Origin: an uncultured Candidatus Poseidoniales archaeon
Lineage (GTDB): Archaea; Thermoplasmatota; Poseidoniia; Poseidoniales; Poseidoniaceae
Length of the DNA: 58,660 bases
Assembly (NCBI GenBank): GCA_964014545.1
Contig: CAXGZX010000004.1
Location: 1 to 58,660, forward strand
Direction of reading: 5' to 3'
Position numbers and translations under genes: made by a program. The notes under the pieces were generated by a model. The model was not told the origin of the DNA. It was given only the letters and a program-made list of their open reading frames with translations, and made no database searches. Positions 1-8,339 of the stretch are shown piece by piece (the stretch's first letter is position 1; each line of letters starts with the position of its first letter).

Positions 1-1
1 T

Positions 2-523
2 TTGTTGTGTCAGTCAGAATTAGTTAATGATAGCGGAATTACAATCCAGTCCTCGTTTAGCATTTCTATAATTCGCACATCGTCGATATATTGTGAGGTA
101 CTAAATGATGGAACGATTCTACAAGATGAAGTCACTATTTCAATTACTGATCAAAATGGCAACCGGCTGAGTCAGAATGCTGTTTCCTATAATTTCCCGG
201 AAAAGACTACTGAATCCCAATCATTTTCAGTCAAAGTGATTGGTGGTGTGAGTATGCTAGTACTGATAATCATTGCTGGCTTGATTATTACCATTAACAA
301 GTTTAAAGATAAAACTCTGGAAGATAATGAGTCTAAGCCGGTAAGTGGGCCACCTATTTCTGGCCCACCAATAACTACTCAGCATAACACAAACCATACA
401 CCTCAACCAACAATTAATGAGACCTCTCCTCCTTTACCCGAAACCGGATTACCCCAAGGATGGACTATGGAACAATGGGAATATTATGGGCAACAATATT
501 TAGAAATGACCAATAGGCAATGA
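2..523 (+). CDS. C-terminal part of a membrane-anchored protein (one TM helix, Pro-rich linker, terminal GLPxGWTMEQW motif); 5' truncated by the window edge
   Basis: Frame open from the window start; hydrophobic VIGGVSMLVLIIIAGLIITI, then GPPISGPP and PPLPETGLPQGWTMEQWEYYGQQYL. Confidence 0.8.
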   Translation: MLCQSELVNDSGITIQSSFSISIIRTSSIYCEVLNDGTILQDEVTISITDQNGNRLSQNAVSYNFPEKTTESQSFSVKVIGGVSMLVLIIIAGLIITINKFKDKTLEDNESKPVSGPPISGPPITTQHNTNHTPQPTINETSPPLPETGLPQGWTMEQWEYYGQQYLEMTNRQ

Positions 524-524
524 T

Positions 525-698
525 GTGGCTGAGTATCCTGCGCTTTGGTACGCCCTTTGGTTAATAATTGCAGTATGTGGAGTAACTACTTGGTACCTGA
601 GAAATTTTACCACTAAAGTTGAAATTACTAAATTATCAGCATATATCGGGGTAATAGCTATGAGTACAATGTTAATTTGGACTTTGATAGATTTTTGA
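525..698 (+). CDS. small 57-aa membrane protein with two hydrophobic segments (not in ORF track)
   Basis: GTG 525 to TGA 698 reads MAEYPALWYALWLIIAVCGVTTWYLRNFTTKVEITKLSAYIGVIAMSTMLIWTLIDF and fills the gap between two same-strand genes (1 nt and 9 nt spacers). Confidence 0.7.
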   Translation: MAEYPALWYALWLIIAVCGVTTWYLRNFTTKVEITKLSAYIGVIAMSTMLIWTLIDF

Positions 699-707
699 TG
701 TGATATT

Positions 708-1196
708 ATGGCAATACATGGCTTAGATAAACATGAATATGCGGGTTTGTATCCATGTAGACTACCAGTATGGTGGGGATATTACGGAAATGTTGGGATT
801 CATCCAAGTATTGAGGGAATAAATGGTAAATCTGTTGTTTTGCGCATTGAAAAGAGATTTAACAGAATTGAGCGGATAATGGCCAAGTTGTTTAGGGCAC
901 CTAGGGAGGTCAGAAGACCACTAGACGTCAAAAACAGTATGTTATGGCAATTGTGTGATGGTACTAGGACTTTTGAACAGATATGTACTGTCTTGGACTC
1001 ATTGTTTCACGAAGATATCTCCCCAGTAATCGATAGAACGGCTGCTGGGATAAATCTCTTGAAAAGTAAAAATCTCATGACTGTATTGAGCGAAAGTTTT
1101 ACTGGAAAATGGGCGATAGATTCCGGCATAGTACCAAATAATCAAACATTGAAGCCGTTAGATGACGAATTGGGAATAACAACTGGTGAAGAATAA
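708..1196 (+). CDS. PqqD/RRE-like domain protein
   Basis: LDVKNSMLWQLCDGTRTFEQICTVL...LLKSKNLM resembles the PqqD winged-helix pattern (W-x-x-x-DG-x-R-T). Confidence 0.65.
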   Translation: MAIHGLDKHEYAGLYPCRLPVWWGYYGNVGIHPSIEGINGKSVVLRIEKRFNRIERIMAKLFRAPREVRRPLDVKNSMLWQLCDGTRTFEQICTVLDSLFHEDISPVIDRTAAGINLLKSKNLMTVLSESFTGKWAIDSGIVPNNQTLKPLDDELGITTGEE

Positions 1197-1197
1197 A

Positions 1198-1929
1198 TCA
1201 ATCTGGTTCCCAAACTAATCTAAGACCAATCCCATCGCTAACTTTGGTGCCCACCGAATAACCTCTAGAAGAACTTCTTGTTGAATCACTTTCCGTAAAC
1301 CAACTGCCACCGCGATGACAAAAAATATCCGTATCATCATAATAAGGAAATTGAGTAGACCTTACGGAAAAGTCACGCCGATAATTATCAGCACACCATT
1401 CAGCAACCAAACCATACATATCATACAAATCCCAATTATTGGATTTTTTTAATCCAACTTCTCTAGTGGATGCACCTGAGTTTCCAGCATGCCAACCGTA
1501 ATCATCAAGATCGCCGTCAAAATTTCCAAAACTCCATTTGGTATCTGTCTTGGATTTGGCACTGTATTCCCATTCGGCCTCCGTTGGAAGGCGCCATGTA
1601 CCAAGCAGTGAAAGACGTTCAACACCAATGTGAATCTCATTTAATCGGTCAATAAAATCCAAACAATCTACCCTCGAAACCTGTTCAACTGGTCTTAAGC
1701 CTGAACTCCAACCTTCCTGAAACTTTGCAGGATTTGTCCCCATTACAGAAGCCCAATGTATCTGTGTCACTGGTCGTTGACCAATGAAAAACGGATTGGA
1801 AATTTCCACATTATGCACTGGTAATTCCCTTGCTAAACCATCGCCGACAGAATCACCCATCTGGAAATTACCCGGTTCCATTAGGACATATGTCGCCCCG
1901 AATTCATCATCAAAACGCGGAGTTATCAA
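1198..1929 (-). CDS. formylglycine-generating enzyme (SUMF1/FGE-sulfatase) family protein lacking the catalytic Cys pair
   Basis: Motifs F-x-MG, P-x-H-x-V, RLPTEAEWEY, N-x-W-x-LYDM-x-G-x-V-x-EW, RGGSW, GLRL; probable TTG start at 1929 after GGTGA (track start 1965). Confidence 0.85.
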   Translation of the reverse strand: MITPRFDDEFGATYVLMEPGNFQMGDSVGDGLARELPVHNVEISNPFFIGQRPVTQIHWASVMGTNPAKFQEGWSSGLRPVEQVSRVDCLDFIDRLNEIHIGVERLSLLGTWRLPTEAEWEYSAKSKTDTKWSFGNFDGDLDDYGWHAGNSGASTREVGLKKSNNWDLYDMYGLVAEWCADNYRRDFSVRSTQFPYYDDTDIFCHRGGSWFTESDSTRSSSRGYSVGTKVSDGIGLRLVWEPD

Positions 1930-1939
1930 GCAATCACCT

Positions 1940-2485
1940 TCAAGATAATTTTTTTGAGTTTTCAAGAGTAGAAATCACGACACTATGTAGTCGTTCTACT
2001 ATTTTTGGGTCGACTAATTTACCGTCATCATCAAATGCTTCTTTTACATTGCCAATTGCAAGCTGCTCAGGAACAGGCCAACCATGTATCCATCTAAGCA
2101 TTATTCTCATGTGATTTAGCGTGTTAGAGTTGGTAACACCACCAAGTGTAGACATAAGTCCAAAGACCTTGCCTTTGACGTGTTTTGTGTAAAGCCAATC
2201 GAAGGTATTTTTCATTGCTCCTGACATAGTACCGTGATATTCTGGAGACGCAATTAGAAAGGCGTCCATTTCTGTGGCTAATTCTTGAAATTCTTTGACA
2301 TTTTGATTATCCCAACAACCTTCTTCTCCAACCAGCGGTAAAGGTTTTACATCTAAATCCCAAAAGTAGATTTCTGCACCATTTTCTTCGGCAATGTCTA
2401 GGGCTAAATTGACCAACATACCACACTTTGACGTAGGTCTATATTCTCCGCTAAGTCCAAGTACCTTAATCGCTTTATTTGCCAT
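1940..2485 (-). CDS. NAD(P)H-dependent FMN reductase (SsuE-like flavodoxin fold)
   Basis: G-x-x-RP-x-S N-terminal motif and ASPEYHGTMSGAMKNTFDW. Confidence 0.9.
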   Translation of the reverse strand: MANKAIKVLGLSGEYRPTSKCGMLVNLALDIAEENGAEIYFWDLDVKPLPLVGEEGCWDNQNVKEFQELATEMDAFLIASPEYHGTMSGAMKNTFDWLYTKHVKGKVFGLMSTLGGVTNSNTLNHMRIMLRWIHGWPVPEQLAIGNVKEAFDDDGKLVDPKIVERLHSVVISTLENSKKLS

Positions 2486-2584
2486 GTTCCTTCGATGTGA
2501 ACAGGGTTATTGAATGTAAGTGTTAGAGAGTACAAGAATAAGTAACCCTTATGCTTTAGTGCTTAGCCCTGTGGTTTGAGGCTT

Positions 2585-4744
2585 ATGGACCAAGACACCC
2601 TAGCACTGGAAGAAAACACTGATAATAGTGTCGATAATCAAGTCGAAGCATTGTTGATTATGGGTGAGGAAGCGTCACGTAGCGGAGATTCTAAAGCAGC
2701 ACTATCGGCATTCAATAAAGCTATTTCACTAGATCCTTCAGCAGACATGGCATGGTTCAATAGAGGTGTATTACTTGAGGCTCAGCAAGATGCTAGAGGC
2801 GCTAGACAAGCATTCCAAATATGTTTAGATGTTAATGCAAATCACGCACCAGCGACCGCAAATCTGTGCATTTTATTAGAACGAATTGGCGACCAATCAG
2901 GCGCCTACATGATGGCGGAAAAAGCACTGCAATTTTATCCAGGGCATCCATCAATTTTAGAGGTTAAAAATAGATGTCAGGGTAGTGTGCAAACAAAGCC
3001 TATCGATAGTATGAAATCAGTAGAAATTATCGAACAATATCAACAAGATGATGTTGATACTGTCATCTCAGAATCTGGATTAACTGATGTGAATGCACTG
3101 CTAGAAGAAGCAGTACATCACGACGCGGATCAAAACCAAGAACTCGATATTCATGAATTGAGATCTGCAGCAGAAGTAGTTGTTGCAACAGACGAAATCC
3201 AAGAAAGAATTGAGGCTTCCCAACCAGTTATAGAATCTATTCCCGACCTACCAGTTGTACCAGTCGAAATAGAAACTAAAGAAGATTTAAATTTGGATAA
3301 ATTGGTAGAAGAAGCAACCGAATCAATAAAATCTGGCGATGCAAAAAGGGCGCTCGAGATACTAAAACCACATCTAAAGACTGAGGCAGCAAAACATGCA
3401 CCATCATGGTTGATTGCAGGAGGGGCAATGGCTAGGTTAGATTTAGAAGATCACGCTATTTCTGCAATCGAACATGCACAAAAGTTAGATCCATCAAATC
3501 CTAAAGGATGGTATAATTTAGGTTCCCTGAAACAAAGAAAGGGTATGCTACAAGAAGCGGCAGTTTGCTATGCTAATGCGGTCAGGGAAGACCCCAGTTA
3601 CATCAAGGCGGCAATTAAATGGGCGCCACTTGCGATGGAGTTGAAAGACCCTCAAGCATATTTATCGGCAGCTACAGTAATTGTCGCAGCAGAACCAGAT
3701 AATCCAATTAGACAAGAGTTGGCAACAACTCTAATCGAACTTGCGGAAGGTGAATCAAGAGTTCTTGAATCACAATCCGGACTGCCTCCAACATTGCCTG
3801 AAGGACCTGAAATGGCTGCTACAGCACTGGAATTAATCGGCCATGGGGAAACTGTATTGCATGCTAGAGCATATACGATGACCAATAATCACATGGAATC
3901 TGTAAAAATATGGAAGGCTTTGATTCAAACCAACAGAAATGATGCTGAAATGTGGCGTGGATTATCAAAGGCATTGTACGCTGCAGGTGACACTAATACT
4001 GCGGAGAAATGTAGCATTAAGGCAAATGAAATTGAAGGCTTAAATCAAAGCCCTAACACTAACATGGAACTAGGACAACCTTTAGGGAGCAATGCGACAG
4101 AAATGCCACTACAATCTAGTGATATAACACCAGTACAATCATCTCCAAGCCCAGTTTCAGAACAAGAAATGTCAGAAGCCAATTCTGTATTATCTAGACC
4201 AATCGAGCCGACAACTCCGGTTGTTCAAGAAGTTACACCCAATCCACAAGTTGATTTGGCAAAAGCGGCATTAGAAGTTCAAAATAATTCATTGGTATCT
4301 GAAGAATTTAGAAACCCCACTTCCAATTCAATAGCTAATCAAGACATATCATGGTACAATCAAGGTGTAGCACTAATTGAGGCAGGTAAATACCAAGAGG
4401 CTTTATCTTGCTTTGACAGGGCATTGCCTTCTTTTTCTAATGACGATGAAATGGTCATCCGAATTCTTAACGGAAGAGGTAATGCATTCTATTATCTAGA
4501 AAATTACCCTGCATGCGTTGAATCATACCATCAAGCAATGCTAATTAGACCAGAGGATGTTCGTGGAAAAACACTCTACAACATGGGTACGGCTTACGCT
4601 GAAATGGAGCGATATCAGGATTCAGTGAAATGTTTTGAACAGGCAATACCAAGGGGTCTGAACAAAGAAGAGATAAAACGAACTAAAGATCAGATTCGTC
4701 GATGTAATATTTTACTCAAAGAGCAAAAGAAAAAGAATCGGTGA
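2585..4744 (+). CDS. multi-cluster tetratricopeptide-repeat protein with an EF-hand-like loop
   Basis: TPR consensus segments (AWFNRGVLL, GWYNLGSL, SWYNQGVAL, TLYNMGTAY) separated by acidic/Pro-rich linkers; ATG 2585 preferred over TTG 2576. Confidence 0.85.
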   Translation: MDQDTLALEENTDNSVDNQVEALLIMGEEASRSGDSKAALSAFNKAISLDPSADMAWFNRGVLLEAQQDARGARQAFQICLDVNANHAPATANLCILLERIGDQSGAYMMAEKALQFYPGHPSILEVKNRCQGSVQTKPIDSMKSVEIIEQYQQDDVDTVISESGLTDVNALLEEAVHHDADQNQELDIHELRSAAEVVVATDEIQERIEASQPVIESIPDLPVVPVEIETKEDLNLDKLVEEATESIKSGDAKRALEILKPHLKTEAAKHAPSWLIAGGAMARLDLEDHAISAIEHAQKLDPSNPKGWYNLGSLKQRKGMLQEAAVCYANAVREDPSYIKAAIKWAPLAMELKDPQAYLSAATVIVAAEPDNPIRQELATTLIELAEGESRVLESQSGLPPTLPEGPEMAATALELIGHGETVLHARAYTMTNNHMESVKIWKALIQTNRNDAEMWRGLSKALYAAGDTNTAEKCSIKANEIEGLNQSPNTNMELGQPLGSNATEMPLQSSDITPVQSSPSPVSEQEMSEANSVLSRPIEPTTPVVQEVTPNPQVDLAKAALEVQNNSLVSEEFRNPTSNSIANQDISWYNQGVALIEAGKYQEALSCFDRALPSFSNDDEMVIRILNGRGNAFYYLENYPACVESYHQAMLIRPEDVRGKTLYNMGTAYAEMERYQDSVKCFEQAIPRGLNKEEIKRTKDQIRRCNILLKEQKKKNR

Positions 4745-4748
4745 TTAG

Positions 4749-6095
4749 TTGCTTAACAGTGAAAATTTAATAGAAAAACTAGTCGAAGCTGGCCTAGAAG
4801 AAAAACAAGCATTGTTGCTTATCGATTTAGCAACCCAACCACCTGCGAAGGCTAGTGAGATTGGTAAGAGATTAGGTCTCTCTCGTATGGACGCTTACAA
4901 TTCTCTCAAAAAATTACAAGAAAAGGGACTCATTAAAGCAACACTGGACAAACCAATACGGTTTTTTGGTATGACAATAAACGAGGTATTCCAGCAAATA
5001 ATAAGGACTAAGGAAATGGATTTGAGAAGATTAAACGAAAATTTAGAATCACTCACTCAATCTAATAATTTACCGATCATATCCAATGCCCACAATGCTG
5101 ATGAGGATTCATTTTCGGTGTTAAAAGACCGCCACGCCATTTTAGCAACTGTGGAGTCAATGATTGCTGAATCAGAAAAACATGTCTGGTTATTACTGGG
5201 TAGATGGGGTATTTTACATCTGCTGAGGTCTGGAGCAATGGATGCTCTCACAGATTCATTGAATCGTGGAGTTGAAGTAAAATTAGTAATTTGTGTCGAT
5301 GAAAAAACTATTAGATTTTATGACCAATTAGACGACCGAATAGAAATTAGACACCATCCAGAATTTAACCTATGTGGTGTTTTTATCGATAATGAGGTTG
5401 GGATTCAATACGTCCAAACAGAGGATACTCCAACAGGTAGAGGCAAAGATGATACTGCCATACTAATGGAATCAGATATGTTACTCTCAGCACAAAGTGA
5501 ATTGCTAAGGATTCAATGGAATGCGGCTAATTCATACAGTTCAGCTAAAGCAAAGATGATTGATGGAATGATGACAGAACCTCTCAAATTGACACTTGGA
5601 GATGGTTCATTCTACGAACGTTTCAAAGAATCTATGAAAATGGGAATTGATCAGCAAGCTAATGCAGTATTAACCAAAGGTGGCATACCAGTTGTTGATG
5701 AAAATATCCCTCAATCAAATACATTGACTGCTTTAGGAATCAATACCAACCAATTGTTCCAAGATGTTGGCATAAGAATAGGACAAGAATTAGCGGTCAA
5801 ATTACAACATATTGATGATGATAAAATTTTCTGGGCTAATATCAAAACTGAATGGGAGGACTTAGGTATGGGCCAAATAGAATTTGATAACTTACCTCCT
5901 AAGATGATAACGGTAAATGATGGCAATGCATGTGATGGCAGACCCCAGGTCGGCGGTATGTTTTGCAATATGGATGAAAGCGTTATTGCAGGGATTGTCA
6001 AAGAACGGCATGGTAAATCGGTTGATTTGAATAAACGTGAATGCTCGACATCAGAGGAAATGTCGTGTTGCTACGAAATTGGCATAAATGATTAA
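4749..6095 (+). CDS. TrmB-family transcriptional regulator with C-terminal V4R-like domain
   Basis: N-terminal wHTH (KASEIGKRLGLSRMDAYNSLKKLQEKGLI), TrmB-type central domain, C-terminal GMG...C..GRP..G..C...EC......CC; GGTGA-N4-TTG start. Confidence 0.85.
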   Translation: MLNSENLIEKLVEAGLEEKQALLLIDLATQPPAKASEIGKRLGLSRMDAYNSLKKLQEKGLIKATLDKPIRFFGMTINEVFQQIIRTKEMDLRRLNENLESLTQSNNLPIISNAHNADEDSFSVLKDRHAILATVESMIAESEKHVWLLLGRWGILHLLRSGAMDALTDSLNRGVEVKLVICVDEKTIRFYDQLDDRIEIRHHPEFNLCGVFIDNEVGIQYVQTEDTPTGRGKDDTAILMESDMLLSAQSELLRIQWNAANSYSSAKAKMIDGMMTEPLKLTLGDGSFYERFKESMKMGIDQQANAVLTKGGIPVVDENIPQSNTLTALGINTNQLFQDVGIRIGQELAVKLQHIDDDKIFWANIKTEWEDLGMGQIEFDNLPPKMITVNDGNACDGRPQVGGMFCNMDESVIAGIVKERHGKSVDLNKRECSTSEEMSCCYEIGIND

Positions 6096-6147
6096 ATTTT
6101 AACCGATTAGTACACAGATTCATAGATGAGTAACTGTTGGGGTTAAC

Positions 6148-6528
6148 ATGGATTGCGGAACTTGTGAAACAGCGGGGCCAGTTTTAGTACAACAACCTGA
6201 GGTTGTTGATGTACAACTCACCATTACTCAAAATGCAGTGGATATGTTGACTCAAGCGTTTGGTGAAGACCGAAGTATGGGTCTCCTTGTAGGGGTATTA
6301 TCAGGCGGCTGTTCAGGCTACATGTATGATTTACAAATTGTTGAAGAAACTGAAATTGAATGTCAAGAATTAGATATTTCTGGCTTTAGAATTTTAGTCC
6401 CAAAGGCTTCCAGCCATCTACTAAATGGTATTCAAATCGATTATGAAGATCGCCTAATGGGCGGCGGTTTCAAAATAAACAACCCAAATGCTAGCTCATC
6501 TTGTGGTTGCGGTGAATCATTCGCTTAG
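6148..6528 (+). CDS. iscA: A-type Fe-S carrier (IscA/HesB family)
   Basis: GGCSG and C-terminal NPNA...CGCGESF motifs. Confidence 0.92.
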   Translation: MDCGTCETAGPVLVQQPEVVDVQLTITQNAVDMLTQAFGEDRSMGLLVGVLSGGCSGYMYDLQIVEETEIECQELDISGFRILVPKASSHLLNGIQIDYEDRLMGGGFKINNPNASSSCGCGESFA

Positions 6529-7245
6529 GTGTCAAACATGCCAAGGTTGGCTTACCAACTAGCAGATTTGAATATCTGGAGAGGTAAGGATGCAATTAAA
6601 TTTCTAAACGGACTATCAACCAATAAGATAGATGACATTTCAGAAAATGAAGTTATTTCAACCGTGGTGTTGACAGAGAAAGCTAAGATTTTAGACATCC
6701 TTCACATTTTTAATCTAAACAATATGATCATATCCATTGGTAATAGGGATAATTCTGACCAATTATTTTCATTTATCAATAAAAAAATTCTACTGCAGGA
6801 CATTCAATTACAAAATATCTCCACGCTAAATAACGTTGATATTGTTTATGGTGATTTACCAGTTAACAGCCCTAACTCTGTTGAATCCAACAATGGTATT
6901 ACCACAGTTAATATTGACGGTCTGTATACATATGAGATTTATTCTATCGGTAATTCTGTTGATTTTGAACACTTGGCATATGATGTATTTAACCAATGGC
7001 GTATAGACAATTTAATCCCATGGCACGGTCATGAAATATCCAATAAAAAAAATCCATACCAATGTGGATTAAAAAATTATGTCCATGAAAATAAAGGATG
7101 TTTTACCGGTCAAGAAATTCTAACTCGTATGAGAAGTCGTAACAAAGGAATGTATCAACTTAAACAAGTGAAAAACGGTGAAGTCGATGACAAATATATC
7201 ACTACTAAAGGTGATAATCTAAACCTTGCATTACTAAGAATTTAG
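6529..7245 (+). CDS. ygfZ: YgfZ/Iba57-like folate-binding Fe-S maturation protein (short form)
   Basis: G-x-DA-x-x-FL-x-GL-x-TN N-terminus and KGCFTGQE signature. Confidence 0.8.
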   Translation: MSNMPRLAYQLADLNIWRGKDAIKFLNGLSTNKIDDISENEVISTVVLTEKAKILDILHIFNLNNMIISIGNRDNSDQLFSFINKKILLQDIQLQNISTLNNVDIVYGDLPVNSPNSVESNNGITTVNIDGLYTYEIYSIGNSVDFEHLAYDVFNQWRIDNLIPWHGHEISNKKNPYQCGLKNYVHENKGCFTGQEILTRMRSRNKGMYQLKQVKNGEVDDKYITTKGDNLNLALLRI

Positions 7246-8180
7246 TATCCAAGAAGTTCAGATAATTGAGTCTTGTAGAAATTACCAGATTTTTGAAGAC
7301 TTGAAAGTTCTTCATCACTTAGTTCCAGTTGAAAGATTTGCTCTATTCCAGATGCGCCAAGTATAACTGGAACACCGATGTAAACGTCGTCTAAACCATA
7401 CTGGCCAGTTAGATATGCTGATGCTGGAATCAATCGCTTACGGTCTAGAAGAACCGCTTCTGCCATAATGGCTGCAGCAGAACCCGGAGCGTAAAATGCT
7501 GAACCACGTTCTAGTAATTTGACGATTTCTCCTCCACCAGACGCTGTTCTTTGACATATTGCATCAATAGTAGCCTCATCTAATAAATGAGTAATTGCTA
7601 TACCACCAACTGTAGTAAATCTCGGCAATGGAACCATAGTATCACCATGACCACCCAAAACCATTGCCTGAACATCTTCTTCAGAACATCCAACAGCATC
7701 AGCAACAAAGTGAGTCATCCTTGCGCTATCTAACACGCCTGCTTGCCCACATACTCGGTTTGCTGGGAAGCCAGTTACTTTTTGCATGTGATAAGTCATT
7801 AAATCCAATGGGTTAGTAACCATGATAATGATACTGTTTGGAGCATGTTGTTTGATGCCTTCTCCAACTTGTTTTACTATACTTGCATTCTTAGCGATTA
7901 AATCCTCTCTAGTCATGCCGGGTTGCCTAGGAAATCCAGAGGTGACTACAACAACATCAGCCCCTGCAATATCTTCATAATTTGACGTGCCAGTAAGCGA
8001 TCCGTCGTAATTTAAGACTTGTCCGTTTTGTGACATATCCAGCGCTTTACCTTTGGCAAACCCCTCGTATATATCTAAAAGAACAATGTCTCCTAATTTT
8101 TTTTGTGCTAGCACAAATGCACAAGTTGCGCCAACATTTCCTGCTCCAATTACTGCAATTTTTTTCCGTGAGTTTGCCAA
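7242..8180 (-). CDS. mdh: malate dehydrogenase (LDH-like type)
   Basis: GAGNVG, PRQPGMTREDL, VTNPLD, LDSAR, GGHGD; probable TTG start at 8180 after AAGGTG (track start 8261). Confidence 0.95.
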   Translation of the reverse strand: MANSRKKIAVIGAGNVGATCAFVLAQKKLGDIVLLDIYEGFAKGKALDMSQNGQVLNYDGSLTGTSNYEDIAGADVVVVTSGFPRQPGMTREDLIAKNASIVKQVGEGIKQHAPNSIIIMVTNPLDLMTYHMQKVTGFPANRVCGQAGVLDSARMTHFVADAVGCSEEDVQAMVLGGHGDTMVPLPRFTTVGGIAITHLLDEATIDAICQRTASGGGEIVKLLERGSAFYAPGSAAAIMAEAVLLDRKRLIPASAYLTGQYGLDDVYIGVPVILGASGIEQIFQLELSDEELSSLQKSGNFYKTQLSELLGY

Positions 8181-8293
8181 ATTTAACACCTTATGATTGC
8201 CGCCAAGTAAAGGCGTAAAATAAGTTAGTTGGTCTTTAGCCCAAACTGTATAATTGGACATTCCAAGCGTCTTATCTAAAAGCCTCCTTTGAT

Positions 8294-8311
8294 TGGGGTA
8301 AAATAACCCCA
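8294..8311. promoter_or_regulatory. inverted repeat TGGGGT-N6-ACCCCA in the mdh/pnt divergent region (candidate operator)
   Basis: tggggt aaaata acccca read directly, about 30 nt upstream of the pntA ATG. Confidence 0.35.
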
Positions 8312-8339
8312 GTTGACAAGACTGGAATTGGTGGTCAAA

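Noticed and set aside
525-2485. Complete RiPP cluster (peptide, PqqD, FGE-like, reductase)
   Set aside because: The peptide looks like a membrane protein, the enzymes are on the opposite strand, and there is no maturase, protease or exporter
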